Positions 1 through 12,265 of a stretch of 64,000 bases of DNA are shown piece after piece. The DNA is from Anaeromyxobacteraceae bacterium (lineage in GTDB: Bacteria; Myxococcota; Myxococcia; Myxococcales; Anaeromyxobacteraceae): assembly GCA_032654565.1 (NCBI GenBank), contig JAULAX010000015.1, forward strand, positions 352,001 through 416,000, in the 5' to 3' direction. Every line of letters starts with the position of its first letter. Position 1 is the stretch's first letter. The position numbers and the translations under genes are program-made. The notes under the pieces are model-generated. The model ran no database searches. It saw only the letters and a program-made list of their open reading frames with translations, and was not told where the DNA came from.

Positions 1-2182
<2,182 letters not shown>

Positions 2183-2237
2183 CGGGCACCACCCGCCCCG
2201 CTTCGATCGGGCGGCGCTCGCTCCGGCGTGCGCCGCC

Positions 2238-2867
2238 TTGAAGGTGTTCCCGCTGCCCGGCGTGGTGCTGCTGCCGGGCGCGCCCGCCCCCTTCCACATC
2301 TTCGAGCCGCGCTACCGCGACCTGTTCGCGGCGGCGCTGGCCGGGGACCGGGTGGTGGCGGTGCCCACCGTGCTCCGCCCCGACGAGGTCATGACCGAGC
2401 GGCCGGCGCTCTGGCCGGTGGCCGGGCTCTGCGTCATCGTCGGCGAGGAGCAGAACGGCGACGGCACGCTCGACGTGCTGCTCCACTGCGCCGGGCGGGT
2501 GCGGCTGGGCGAGGAGCTGCGGGGCAAGCCGTACCGCGAGTTCCAGGCCGAGCTGATCGAGGACCTCTACCCGGCCGCCGGCGTCGCCGGGCTGCAGGGG
2601 GACGTCGAGGCCCTGGCCCAGCTCTGCTACGACCTGATCCCGCTCCTGCCGGCCGAGTCGGGCGTCAACCGGCTCACCGAGGCGGTGGCCCGCATGAAGG
2701 ACCCCGGGGCCATGGCCGACCTGGTGGCGGCGGCGGCCATCACCGAGCCGTCGGCCCGCTACCGGGTGCTGGCCGAGCCGGAGGTGGCGGTGCGGCTCAA
2801 GCTGGTGGACGAGGAGCTGGCCTCGCTGGTGCTGCTGCTCGGGCAGGGGCGCGGCTCGAAGAACTGA
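2238..2867 (+). CDS. LON peptidase substrate-binding-domain protein
   Basis: VFPLPGVVLLPG..PFHIFEPRYRDL is typical of stand-alone LON N-domain proteins. Confidence 0.85.
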   Translation: MKVFPLPGVVLLPGAPAPFHIFEPRYRDLFAAALAGDRVVAVPTVLRPDEVMTERPALWPVAGLCVIVGEEQNGDGTLDVLLHCAGRVRLGEELRGKPYREFQAELIEDLYPAAGVAGLQGDVEALAQLCYDLIPLLPAESGVNRLTEAVARMKDPGAMADLVAAAAITEPSARYRVLAEPEVAVRLKLVDEELASLVLLLGQGRGSKN

Positions 2868-2942
2868 GGGACGGGCGCCCCGGCGGAGTCCGGAACCGAA
2901 GCCGCCGACCCGCCACTTCGAGCCAGCCTGGAGGCGAAGGCG

Positions 2943-3491
2943 TCAGCGCACCGGCGGCGGCGCACCGGTGATGCGTCGCCACAGCGCCAGGGCCGAGGCG
3001 GGGAGCCGGTGGAGCTGCCCCTCGACGGCCGCCACCAGCGCCGGCCGGCCGGGCAGTGAGAGCAGCTGCTCGACGTCCCAGGCGTCCTGGGGCCCTCCCG
3101 CGAAGAGCTTGAGCAGGACCAGGTCCGCCGCGGTGACCACCGGGATCGGCACCTCGCTCACGCCGCGGGGCTCGGCCCTGCGGAGCAGCTCGGCCTGCCA
3201 GGCGGCGCGCCCCACCACCACGTCCACTGAGCGGGAGCCGGGGCGAGCGATGCGGATGACCCCGGCCAGCGGGTCCTCGTCGTCGCCGAGGCGGACGTCG
3301 ACCGTGTCGCCCGATCCCGCCAGCCGGGCCCAGGGCGCGGGCGAGAGCATGGCCCGGTCGGTGACCAGGAGGTCCAGGTCGAAGGTGGAGCGGCCGACGC
3401 CGTGGGCCGCCATGGCCCCGGCGCCGATCAAGGCGTGCGGGACGGCCCGCGCCGAGAGCTCCCTGGAGACGTCGGCGAGCAGGCGGAGCAT
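2943..3491 (-). CDS. Pol-beta-like nucleotidyltransferase (probable TA toxin)
   Basis: ALIGAGAMAAHGVGRSTFDLDLLV motif and C-terminal LLKLFAGGPQDAWD; ATG at 3491 overlaps the upstream stop (ATGA). Confidence 0.75.
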   Translation of the reverse strand: MLRLLADVSRELSARAVPHALIGAGAMAAHGVGRSTFDLDLLVTDRAMLSPAPWARLAGSGDTVDVRLGDDEDPLAGVIRIARPGSRSVDVVVGRAAWQAELLRRAEPRGVSEVPIPVVTAADLVLLKLFAGGPQDAWDVEQLLSLPGRPALVAAVEGQLHRLPASALALWRRITGAPPPVR

Positions 3492-3706
3492 CAGGGCTCC
3501 GAGACGCACCGCGAGGGCTGGCGGCCGGCGGCGCGCTGGCGCTGGAGGGCGATCCGCGCCGCCTCGAGCGAGAGGCCGGTGGCGGCGGCGTGGAGCTGCA
3601 CGTCCGAGTCGCCGAGCTGGAGGGCGCGGAGCACCCGCTCGCCGGGCGAGAGGGCGGCCTCGGCGCGGGCGCCGTCACGGCGGAGGCTGGCTGCGACCTT
3701 GCTCAC
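3491..3706 (-). CDS. Small protein, probable antitoxin partner of the nucleotidyltransferase
   Basis: GTG start at 3706 (MSKVAASLRRD..LSPGERVLRALQLG), translationally coupled to the NTase gene. Confidence 0.55.
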   Translation of the reverse strand: MSKVAASLRRDGARAEAALSPGERVLRALQLGDSDVQLHAAATGLSLEAARIALQRQRAAGRQPSRCVSEP

Positions 3707-3750
3707 GCGCCGATGATAGCCGGTCGGAAGGCCGGGACGAAGCCCCGGGT

Positions 3751-5052
3751 CTACCGCCGGCCGATGCCGTGGTAGGTGAAGCCGGCGGCGCGGGCCTTCT
3801 GCGCGTCCCAGGCGTTGCGGCCGTCGAAGAGCACGTCGCCGCGCATGGCCTTCTTGAGCCGGGCCCAGTCGGGCTGGCGGAACTCGTTCCACTCGGTCAC
3901 CAGCATGAGGGCGTCGGCCCCCTCGGCGGCGGCGTAGGGCTCGCGCACCAGCTCCACGGTGGACGGCAGCAGCCGGGCCGCCACCTCGCGCGCCACCGGG
4001 TCGTGGGCCCGCACCGTGGCGCCGTTGCCCACCAGCGCCTCGATGATGGTCAGCGCCGGGGCCTCGCGCATGTCGTCGGTCTTGGGCTTGAAGGCCAGCC
4101 CCCAGACGCCGAAGACCTTGCCGGCCACCTTGCCGCCGAAGTGCTTCATGGCCTTCTCGAAGAGCAGCCGCTTCTGCCGCTCGTTGATCCGCTCAACGGC
4201 CCGGAGCAGGTCGAAGTCGAGGCCGACCTGCCGGGCGATGGTAGTAAGTGCCCGTAAATCTTTAGGAAAACACGATCCGCCGAATCCAGACCCAGGGTAA
4301 AGGAACGGATGACCGATCCGCTTGTCGCTCCCCATGCCGCGGCGCACCTGGTCGACGTCGGCGCCGAGCCGGTCGCAGACCGCGGCGATCTCGTTCATGA
4401 AGGAGATGCGGGTGGCCAGCATGGCGTTGGCGGCATACTTGGTCAGCTCGGCGGAGCGCAGGTCCATGAAGAGCACCGGCTGCTCGGCCCGGGTGAACGG
4501 CGCGTAGAGCTCGGCCATCACCGCCCGGGCCCGCTCGCTGGCCACGCCCACCACCACGCGGTCGGGGCGCATGAAGTCGTCGATGGCCGCCCCCTCCTTC
4601 AGGAACTCCGGGTTGGAGACCACGTCGAAGGGCTGGCTGGTGATTGACTCGAGCCGGGTCCGCACCTGGTCGGCGCTCCCCACCGGCACGGTGGACTTGT
4701 TGACCACCACGCAGTAGCCGGTCAGCGCCTTGCCGATCGACTCGGCGGCGGCCAGCACGTAGGAGAGGTCGGCCTCGCCGCTCTCGCCCGGGGGGGTTCC
4801 GACGGCGATGAAGGCGACGTCGGCGCCGGCCACGCCGTCGGCGGCCCTGGTGGTGAAGCGCAGCCGCCCCTCGCGGGCGTTGCGGCGCACCAGCTCCTCC
4901 AGCCCCGGCTCGTAGATGGGGACGCCGCCGGAGAGCAGCAGGTCGATCTTGGCCGGGTCGTGGTCCACGCAGGTGACCTCGTGGCCCGACTCGGCGAAGC
5001 AGGTGCCGGTGACCAGCCCGACGTAGCCGGTCCCGATGACGGCGATCTTCAT
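3751..5052 (-). CDS. ugd: UDP-glucose 6-dehydrogenase
   Basis: GTGYVG Rossmann motif, SNPEFLKEG, catalytic GFGGSCFPKD, GLAFKPKTDDMRE. Confidence 0.95.
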   Translation of the reverse strand: MKIAVIGTGYVGLVTGTCFAESGHEVTCVDHDPAKIDLLLSGGVPIYEPGLEELVRRNAREGRLRFTTRAADGVAGADVAFIAVGTPPGESGEADLSYVLAAAESIGKALTGYCVVVNKSTVPVGSADQVRTRLESITSQPFDVVSNPEFLKEGAAIDDFMRPDRVVVGVASERARAVMAELYAPFTRAEQPVLFMDLRSAELTKYAANAMLATRISFMNEIAAVCDRLGADVDQVRRGMGSDKRIGHPFLYPGSGFGGSCFPKDLRALTTIARQVGLDFDLLRAVERINERQKRLLFEKAMKHFGGKVAGKVFGVWGLAFKPKTDDMREAPALTIIEALVGNGATVRAHDPVAREVAARLLPSTVELVREPYAAAEGADALMLVTEWNEFRQPDWARLKKAMRGDVLFDGRNAWDAQKARAAGFTYHGIGRR

Positions 5053-5138
5053 GTGCGCGGACTCCCCGAAAGGCAGCGGTGCGGGGGCAAATTATCACGC
5101 CGGCCGGCCGCCGCCGACCAAACGGCCGCCGCGACGAC

Positions 5139-6065
5139 TCAGCCCGGGGCCACCACCAGCCGCGCCGCGGCCTCGGCCCCGCGAAGGTGGCGCAGCTTGC
5201 CCGGATCCCGCGCCCCGTCGGCCACCTGCTCCACCGCCGCCCGCTCCACGGCGCCGAGCGACGGCGTCAGCGCCGCGGCGGCCTCGGCAACCTCGGGGAA
5301 GAAGAAGCCGGTCAGCAGGCAGGCGCCGTAGAGGGCCCGCGACAGCCCGGCCCGCTCGGCCCGCGCCTTCACCAGCGCCGCGTCGAGCGGCAGCCGCAGC
5401 AGCTCGCGCAGGTCGAGGTAGCGGATCAGGGGGGCCCAGAGCGCCGCCTGGCCGAGGTCGCCGACGGCGCAGAGCAGCGCGTCCTCGGCGGCGGGGCGGC
5501 CGGCCTGCGGCCCGAAGGCGCGCAGCGGGACGGCGCGGGCGTAGAGGGCGTCGTCCTCGTCGGCGCCGGGCCAGAGCCCCTCCTGCAGCGAGAGCTCGAT
5601 GGGGCCGTCGGAGAAGACCGCGGTGCGGCCGTCGTGGCCGGTGCGGCGCAGCTTCATGCCGCCCTTCTGCAGGCCGTCGGCGAAGCGCCGGCCGTCGGCG
5701 CCGCGCACCGCCAGCCGCAGATCGCTGACCGGGCGCCAGGCCATGTGCGGGTAGAGCCAGTCGACGTAGGCGGCGCCGTCGAGCAGCACCACCGGCACCT
5801 CGGCCACGTCCTTCAAGGCGTTGCGCAGGGTGATGAGCCGCATGACGTTGTCGTTGACGGTGCCGGTGTACTGGCCGAGCAGGGATTCGCGGAAGCGGTC
5901 GGGCAGGCCGGCGCCGAGCCGGGTCTGCTCGCAGTGAAAGGAGGCGAGCGGAGCCAGGCCGTGGGCCACCAGCACCGGGGCCAGGGCGTCGAGGTCGCAG
6001 GGGGGAAGGGCCGCCAGCGGGGAGAAGCTGGCCAGCGCCCGGATGGCCGGCAGGAGCGGACTCAT
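5139..6065 (-). CDS. Nucleotidyltransferase-fold protein (NTP_transf_5-like) with degenerate motifs
   Basis: ATG at 6065 coupled to upstream stop; VPVVLLDGAAY..LYP...RPVSDLRLAV resembles the LKG..R..DxD family pattern. Confidence 0.65.
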   Translation of the reverse strand: MSPLLPAIRALASFSPLAALPPCDLDALAPVLVAHGLAPLASFHCEQTRLGAGLPDRFRESLLGQYTGTVNDNVMRLITLRNALKDVAEVPVVLLDGAAYVDWLYPHMAWRPVSDLRLAVRGADGRRFADGLQKGGMKLRRTGHDGRTAVFSDGPIELSLQEGLWPGADEDDALYARAVPLRAFGPQAGRPAAEDALLCAVGDLGQAALWAPLIRYLDLRELLRLPLDAALVKARAERAGLSRALYGACLLTGFFFPEVAEAAAALTPSLGAVERAAVEQVADGARDPGKLRHLRGAEAAARLVVAPG

Positions 6066-7570
6066 GAGTCCTTCGGTTCCAGCACCGCGATCAGCGACAG
6101 CGCGTCGAACGGCAGGACCCGGTCCACCAGCCGGAAGAGCGGCGTCAGCAGGTTGAGCGCCATGATCTGCACGAGGCCGAAGCTGCGCCGCTTCAGCAGC
6201 TTGCCGTTGAGCCACCAGGCCGGCCGCCCCACCCGGTTGAAGTGGACCAGCGTCTTCACGGTGAAGCCGGCGTCGTCGGCCAGCTTCGCCAGCGACTCGA
6301 CGGTGTAGCGGCGGCGGTGGCCGAGCACCTCGTCGAGCGTGCCGAACACCTCCGGCCCCTGCGGCACCAGCACGATGGCCCGGCCCCCGGGCGCCAGCAC
6401 CGCCCGGATGTTGCGCAGCGCCCCGACGTCGTCGTCGACGTGCTCCACCACGTTCAAGCAGACCACGGTGTCGAAGCCGCCCGGCGGCCGCGGGAAGGTC
6501 TCGCCGCGGGTGACGTCGGTGAGGGTGACGTCCAGGTACGGGCGGTCGGCGGTCAGCCCCTGCAGCGAGTGCAGGTAGAGCGGGTTGATGTCGGAGGCCA
6601 CGTACTGGTCGCGGGGGATGAGCCGCCGGGTCAGGTTGCCGGTGCCGGAGCCGATCTCGAGGATGCGCTGGCCGCAGAAGGGGAGAATCGTATCCGCCAT
6701 CCAGCCGTTGAAGCGCGGCGCCCGGGCCATGCGGCCGAGGATCTGCGACCCCCACTCGTCCTCCTGGTAGACGTGGTCCGACCACCAGAAGCGCAGGATG
6801 GCCAGCAGCGCCTTGACCCCGTCGCGCCAGCCGATCTTCTTGCCCTCCTGGTAGGTGCGCCCGGAGTAGCTGATGGGCACCTCGAAGATGCGGGCCTCGC
6901 GCTTGGCCAGCTTGATGGTCAGCTCCGGCTCGAGCCGGAAGTCGTCGCTCACCAGCGGGATGGAGCGGAGCAGCGAGGTGCGGACCGCCTTGTAGCAGGT
7001 CTCCATGTCGGTCAGGTTCACGTTGGTCACGAGATTGGTGAGGAACGTGAGCAGCCGGTTGCCGAGCTCGTGGCGGAAGAGCAGGGCACGCCTCGCCTGG
7101 CCGCCGGCGAAGCGCGAGCCGAAGACGGCGTCGGCGTGCTCGTCGACGAAGACCGGGAGGAAGCCGAGCAGGTCGCGCGGGTGGTACTCCAGGTCGGCGT
7201 CGTGGATCACCGTGAGCTCGCACTCGGCGCGGGCCAGCCCGGCGCGGATGGCCGCCCCCTTGCCGCCGTTGCGGGCGTGCTGCAGGAAGAGCCAGTCGGT
7301 CCGGCCGTGGCGCCCGGCGCCGCGCTCCACCACCGGGATGGCGCCGGCGGTGCGCGGGGCGTGGGGCAGGGGCGGGGCCAGGGTGATGCCGCGGGCGGCG
7401 GCGAAGTCGGCCAGCACCGCGGCGGAGCGGTCGCGCGAGGAGTCGTCGACCACGATCACCTGCAGCCGGTCGAGCAGCGGGCTCGCCTCCAGGGCCGCGA
7501 GCCGCTCCAGCGAGGCGGCCACCAGGTGCTGCTCGTTGTAGACGGGGACGAGGACGGTGAGGGAGGTCAT
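6062..7570 (-). CDS. Bifunctional GT2 glycosyltransferase / class I SAM methyltransferase
   Basis: N-terminal VPVYNE..VDD..GKG..HDADLEY..DMETCYK; C-terminal LEIGSGTG and CLNVVEHVDDD. Confidence 0.9.
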   Translation of the reverse strand: MTSLTVLVPVYNEQHLVAASLERLAALEASPLLDRLQVIVVDDSSRDRSAAVLADFAAARGITLAPPLPHAPRTAGAIPVVERGAGRHGRTDWLFLQHARNGGKGAAIRAGLARAECELTVIHDADLEYHPRDLLGFLPVFVDEHADAVFGSRFAGGQARRALLFRHELGNRLLTFLTNLVTNVNLTDMETCYKAVRTSLLRSIPLVSDDFRLEPELTIKLAKREARIFEVPISYSGRTYQEGKKIGWRDGVKALLAILRFWWSDHVYQEDEWGSQILGRMARAPRFNGWMADTILPFCGQRILEIGSGTGNLTRRLIPRDQYVASDINPLYLHSLQGLTADRPYLDVTLTDVTRGETFPRPPGGFDTVVCLNVVEHVDDDVGALRNIRAVLAPGGRAIVLVPQGPEVFGTLDEVLGHRRRYTVESLAKLADDAGFTVKTLVHFNRVGRPAWWLNGKLLKRRSFGLVQIMALNLLTPLFRLVDRVLPFDALSLIAVLEPKDS

Positions 7571-7592
7571 GCTCCGGCCGGTCTTACCACCC

Positions 7593-8096
7593 CTACTCCG
7601 CCGGCGGCGAGACCCCGCAGCGCTGCAGGAAGAGGGCGGCCAGGACGCCGAGGCCGAGCGACACCCCCACCACCAGGAAGGCCCGCAGCCGCAGCTTGCG
7701 CTTCAGCCGGTGGTCGCGGGTCTCCGACTTGCGGCCCCGCTGCTGCGCCGCCCGGGCGGCGAGCCGGCTGGCCCGCGGCGCCACCTTGCCCCGGGCCCAG
7801 CCGCGGTGGCCGCAGCTCCGGCAGGCGTAGCGGTCCCAGGAGGAGTAGCGGCGCACCAGCTTCTGCAGGCCGGAGCGGCTGTGCGACCGGCGCAGGTTGT
7901 GGCCGCCGCACTTTCCGCAGGCCGGCTGGCCCGCCGCCGTGTCCTGGGCGGAATGGTCGGCCGGCTGGCCGAGGGCGACGTGCTGGTCGGCCGGACTGTG
8001 CGGGCTGGACTGGTCGATCGAGCGGGTCGGATCGGCCGGGTCGGCCGGGTCCGACGGGGCGTTCGGGGTGCTCTTTCTGGTCGGGGCGGGCTCCAC
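7593..8096 (-). CDS. Hypothetical zinc-ribbon protein with C-terminal TM helix
   Basis: CGKCG...CRSCG pair, basic linker, hydrophobic C-terminal segment; GC-biased codons. Confidence 0.55.
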   Translation of the reverse strand: MEPAPTRKSTPNAPSDPADPADPTRSIDQSSPHSPADQHVALGQPADHSAQDTAAGQPACGKCGGHNLRRSHSRSGLQKLVRRYSSWDRYACRSCGHRGWARGKVAPRASRLAARAAQQRGRKSETRDHRLKRKLRLRAFLVVGVSLGLGVLAALFLQRCGVSPPAE

Positions 8097-8271
8097 GCGG
8101 CGCGCAGATTACCGCGGCCGATCCGACCTGTCGCGGCGGCGGCGGCGGTCCGTTTGGGCCGTGCCGGCCGAAAGGCCGCCGTTCACGGACTGTGCGTCCC
8201 TGTTCAACCGCCGCGCGGGCTGACCGCGGCTCTCGGCTCGGCCCCGGTGCGGGCTGACCGCCGGCCCCGGC

Positions 8272-10326
8272 TCAGCCCCCGTGCAGGCTCACCGCCGGCC
8301 CGGCCCCGGCCACCCGCTCGCGCTCGGCCAGCTTCACGTCGGCCTCCATCATCAGCGTGATGAGCTGCTCGAAGCTGGTGCGCGGCTTCCAGCCGAAGGC
8401 CCGCTCCGCCTTCGACGGGTCGCCGAGCAGGAAGTCGACCTCGGTGGGGCGGAAGTACTTCGGGTCGATCTCGACGTGCTGCCGGTAGTCGAGCCCGACG
8501 TGGCCGAAGGCGTGCTCGCAGAGCTCGCGCACGGTGTGGGCCACGCCGGTGGCGATGACGTAGTCGTCGGCCTTGGGCTGCTGCAGCATCAGCCACATGG
8601 CCTCGACGTAGTCCTTGGCGTAGCCCCAGTCGCGCTTGGCCTCCAGGTTGCCGAGGTAGAGCTTCTGCTGCAGGCCGAGCTTGATGCGGGCGGCGGCGCG
8701 GGTCACCTTGCGGGTCACGAAGGTCTCGCCGCGGCGGGGAGAGTTGTGGATCCAGCCGTCACCGATGCCGGCGTGGAACGTGCCGCTCTCGGTGGCCAGG
8801 TCGAAGAGCCAGCCCTCGTGCGCGACGGGCGTGACCTTGACCACCTCCGCCACCGGCCGGCGCAGGTGGGCGCCCTTGCTGCCCTGGCGCTCGTCGTCAT
8901 GGACCGAGAGGTTGATCTGGTAATAGCCGTGCCCGCCGCGGTCCTCGACCGAGAGGATGGCCCGCTGGCCCAGGGCCCGCTGCGCCAGCCACCAGAGCCC
9001 GGCCGCGAGGCACGGGGAGGCCGTCTTGAAGGACTTGAACTCGTACTTCGAGTTCCCGGCCTTCAGGCCGTCGGTCTCGTTGTAGCCGCGCAGGAAGGCC
9101 AGCTGGGCTTCCAGGCTGGCGTTCAGGATCCGCAAGGGGACACGCTTGTCGCCGCGCTCCGTGTAGAGCTGGGGTCGAAGCCAGCGACCATAGGCCGTGC
9201 CGCCGCTCAGATTGACCGCCTGGACGGCGGCATCGGAGAACCCGGACGTGCCGGTCCACCGGTGTGAACCACCGCCAGTGATGGCCCGCCAGGCCGCCGC
9301 GGCCTCGTCGAGGATGCCGAGGTCGTTTCCCGTGACGCGAACGTCGCCATCTTCGCTGACGTAGCCGTCTCCGGCCAGCGCTCCGAGCAGCCAGGCCTCG
9401 GCCTCGGTCACCTGCGTCATGCCCGTCGCCTCGGGTGAACGGGCCAGCGTCAGCGTGTCCCCCTCGCGAACCGTTCCGGCCGGCGTCTCCTTCCCCTCGT
9501 CGATGAAGACCACGTGGTCCGTGGTGGCCGAGAAGATGGCGCCACGTGCGGCGATGCGCACGACCTGCTTCTGTCCGCGGTTGTAGGTGGCGGTCATGCA
9601 GGTGACGCGAGCCCACCTGTCGCGGTCCCAGACCTCCAGGGGCCTGGCCGGTTCGCCGGTGTACCTGGTCCCATGTCGGGGGTCGCTCCGATGGGGAACG
9701 ATCTCCTCGATGGGCAGGATGTCGATGAGCCCCTCGCGGCGGACGATGACCGGGGTCTCGGCCGTCACGCACTCGTGGTTGAAGAGGATGCCGTTGGAGA
9801 CGTGCAGCCCGTAGGCCTCGCGGTAGTTGACGCCGATCCAGTAGGCGTAGACCTTGGCGCAGCCGTACGGGCTGCGCGGGTAGAAGGGGGTGGCCTCGGC
9901 CTGCGGCGGCGGCGAGGCGCCGAACATCTCCGACGACGAGGCCTGGTAGATGCGGGTCTGGTTCATGCCTAGCTCGCGCACCGCCTCCAGCAGCCGCACC
10001 GCGCCGAGCCCGGTCACCTCGCCGGTGTACTCGGGCACGTCGAACGACACCTTGACGTGGCTCTGGGCGCCGAGGTTGTAGATCTCGTCGGGGTGGAGCT
10101 TCTTCAAGAGGTAGTTGAGCGAGGAGGCGTCGTTCAGGTCGCCGAAGTGGAGGAAGAGCCGGCAGCCCTGGTCGTGCGGGTCCTGGTAGATGTGGTCGAT
10201 GCGCTGGGTGTTGAAGGAGGAGGAGCGGCGGATGATGCCGTGCACCTCGTAGCCCTTCGAGAGCAGCAGCTCGGCGAGGTAGCTGCCGTCCTGCCCGGTG
10301 ATGCCGGTGATGAGCGCCTTCTTCAC
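8272..10326 (-). CDS. gmd: GDP-mannose 4,6-dehydratase interrupted by an intein
   Basis: GTG start [32 protein letters not shown]|insert|[12 protein letters not shown]; exteins total 341 aa. Confidence 0.95.
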   Translation of the reverse strand: MKKALITGITGQDGSYLAELLLSKGYEVHGIIRRSSSFNTQRIDHIYQDPHDQGCRLFLHFGDLNDASSLNYLLKKLHPDEIYNLGAQSHVKVSFDVPEYTGEVTGLGAVRLLEAVRELGMNQTRIYQASSSEMFGASPPPQAEATPFYPRSPYGCAKVYAYWIGVNYREAYGLHVSNGILFNHECVTAETPVIVRREGLIDILPIEEIVPHRSDPRHGTRYTGEPARPLEVWDRDRWARVTCMTATYNRGQKQVVRIAARGAIFSATTDHVVFIDEGKETPAGTVREGDTLTLARSPEATGMTQVTEAEAWLLGALAGDGYVSEDGDVRVTGNDLGILDEAAAAWRAITGGGSHRWTGTSGFSDAAVQAVNLSGGTAYGRWLRPQLYTERGDKRVPLRILNASLEAQLAFLRGYNETDGLKAGNSKYEFKSFKTASPCLAAGLWWLAQRALGQRAILSVEDRGGHGYYQINLSVHDDERQGSKGAHLRRPVAEVVKVTPVAHEGWLFDLATESGTFHAGIGDGWIHNSPRRGETFVTRKVTRAAARIKLGLQQKLYLGNLEAKRDWGYAKDYVEAMWLMLQQPKADDYVIATGVAHTVRELCEHAFGHVGLDYRQHVEIDPKYFRPTEVDFLLGDPSKAERAFGWKPRTSFEQLITLMMEADVKLAERERVAGAGPAVSLHGG
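8743..9771 (-). mobile_element. 343-aa intein with LAGLIDADG homing endonuclease
   Basis: Starts Cys (CVTAETPV), block B ATTDH, two LAGLIDADG-like motifs ([20 protein letters not shown]), block F WLFDLAT, ends His-Asn followed by extein Ser. Confidence 0.93.
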
Positions 10327-11273
10327 GTGATCCCCCCTCGATTGGCCTCGAACCAGGCCACCGTCTCGGCCAGCCCCTCCTCGAACCCGATCGACGCCTT
10401 CCAGCCGAACTCGGCCAGCGCCTTGGAGGTGTCGAGCATGCGGCGCGGCTGGCCGTCGGGCTTCGACCGGTCCCAGACGATCTCGCCCTGGAACCGGCAG
10501 TGTCGCGCCACCAGCGGCACGAGATCCCGCACGTAGATCTCGAAGCCGGCCCCCAGGTTGACCGCCTCGCTCTTGTCGTACCGCTCGGCGGCGTCGACCA
10601 CGCCGCGGGCGGCGTCGCGGGCGTGGAGGAACTCGCGCGAGGCCCCGCCGGTCCCCCAGACCACCACCTGCCTGTCGCCGCGCTCGCGGGCCTCGACGCA
10701 CTTGCGGATCAGCGCCGGGATGACGTGCGACGAGGCCAGGTCGAAGTTGTCGCGCGGGCCGTAGAGGTTGACCGGGAAGAGCACCACCGAGTTGAAGCCG
10801 TACTGGGCCCGGTAGCCCTCGCTCTGCACCAGCATGGCCTTCTTGGCGATGCCGTAGGGGGCGTTGGTCTCCTCCGGGTAGCCGTTCCAGAGGTCGGCCT
10901 CCTTGAAGGGGACCGGGCAGAACTTGGGGTAGGCGCAGATGGTGCCGAGCGCCACCAGCTTCTTCAGGCCCACCTGCCGCCCCACCTCGATGAGCTGCAC
11001 GCCCATCATCAGGTTGTCGTAGAAGAACTTGCCGGGGTTGTCGCGGTTGGCGCCGATGCCGCCGACCCGCGCCGCCAGGTGGAGGACGATGGTCGGCTGG
11101 GTGTCGCGGTAGAGCGCCCGCACCGCCGCCATCTCGACGAGGTCGTAGTCGCGCGAGCGCGGCACCAGCACCTCGCGGGCGCCGCGGCGCGTGAGCTCCT
11201 CGAGCACGAAGGAGCCGAGGAAGCCGGCCCCCCCGGTGACGACGACGCGCTCGTTCGGCCAGTCGATGCTCAT
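10323..11273 (-). CDS. fcl: GDP-L-fucose synthase
   Basis: [45 protein letters not shown]; coupled to gmd. Confidence 0.95.
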   Translation of the reverse strand: MSIDWPNERVVVTGGAGFLGSFVLEELTRRGAREVLVPRSRDYDLVEMAAVRALYRDTQPTIVLHLAARVGGIGANRDNPGKFFYDNLMMGVQLIEVGRQVGLKKLVALGTICAYPKFCPVPFKEADLWNGYPEETNAPYGIAKKAMLVQSEGYRAQYGFNSVVLFPVNLYGPRDNFDLASSHVIPALIRKCVEARERGDRQVVVWGTGGASREFLHARDAARGVVDAAERYDKSEAVNLGAGFEIYVRDLVPLVARHCRFQGEIVWDRSKPDGQPRRMLDTSKALAEFGWKASIGFEEGLAETVAWFEANRGGIT

Positions 11274-11440
11274 GGGGTGGCGAGACTATGGGGGCGGGCG
11301 GGAGGGGTCAACCTCCCAGCGCGGGGGCGTACCGGCGGGATCGATCACCCGGACCGTCCGGCCGCGGTGGCGAGCCGCCGTCGGCCCGGGGAGAACAGCC
11401 GCCACCTCGACGCTGGAGCCGCTCCCTGATGACAACGTGC

Positions 11441-11479
11441 TCTTGACAGGCGTATCAAGACGGCGTAGTCATAACCGTC
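11441..11479 (+). promoter_or_regulatory. Probable promoter/operator of the AbiE-like operon
   Basis: TTGACA at 11443 within inverted repeat TCTTGA-N8-TCAAGA; second IR GACGG..CCGTC ends at the GTG start; no obvious Shine-Dalgarno. Confidence 0.5.
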
Positions 11480-12265
11480 GTGGTCACCGCCGTCCAGGCT
11501 GTGGAGTTCTTCCACCTCCAGTTCGCACGCCTGCTCTGCGCCGGGCCGGACAAGGACGCCTTCGCCATCAAGGGGGGCTGCAACATGCGCTTCTTCTTCG
11601 AGAGCGTCCGCTACTCGGAGGACATCGACCTCGACGTCACCGAGCGCATCCCGGTCCACGCGCTCAAGGACCGGGTCCCCCGGATCCTCTCCGGCCCGGC
11701 GCTCACGCTGGTGCTCAGGAACCGGGGCATCGAGGTGGGCCGGGTCTCGGCGCCGAAGCAGACCGAGACCACGCAACGCTGGAAGCTGGGGTTGTCGGTG
11801 GAAGGCCACCCGGCGCCGCTGCCGACCAAGGTGGAGTTCTCGCGGCGAGGCGCCAGCGACGCGGCGGTGCTCGGTCCGATCGGGGCCAGCGTCCTGGCCG
11901 AGCACCAGACCATGCAGTTCCTCGCGCCGCACTACCCGCTGGCGGCGGCCCTGAGGCAGAAGGTGACGGCGCTGGCCGACCGCAGGGAGGTGCAGGCCCG
12001 CGACGTCTTCGACCTGGGGAGCGTCCTGATTCCCCGGGCCGGCGAAGGGGTGGAGCTGCTCCGGCCCGTCCGCGCCGCGATCCGGCCAGCGCTGGAGCGG
12101 GTCATGACGCTCACCTACGCCGACTTCAAGTCCCAGGTGGTCTCCTACCTTCAGCCAGTCGAGGCGGACGCTCACGGAACGCCCGAGGCCTGGGAGGCCA
12201 TGCAGCTGGCGGTGGTGGAGTACCTGGACGCGGCGCTCGCCGGCCTCGGGGGCGCCACCCCGTGA
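11480..12265 (+). CDS. abiEii: AbiEii-family nucleotidyltransferase toxin (type IV TA)
   Basis: FAIKGGCNMRFF..RYSEDIDLD, KVEFS, QK..ALADR..QARDVFDL. Confidence 0.85.
   Translation: MVTAVQAVEFFHLQFARLLCAGPDKDAFAIKGGCNMRFFFESVRYSEDIDLDVTERIPVHALKDRVPRILSGPALTLVLRNRGIEVGRVSAPKQTETTQRWKLGLSVEGHPAPLPTKVEFSRRGASDAAVLGPIGASVLAEHQTMQFLAPHYPLAAALRQKVTALADRREVQARDVFDLGSVLIPRAGEGVELLRPVRAAIRPALERVMTLTYADFKSQVVSYLQPVEADAHGTPEAWEAMQLAVVEYLDAALAGLGGATP

Noticed and set aside
4247..4275. dif (XerC/D) site within the ugd patch
   Set aside because: AGTGCCCGTAA and TTAGGAAAAC resemble the arms but are 4 bp apart rather than 6
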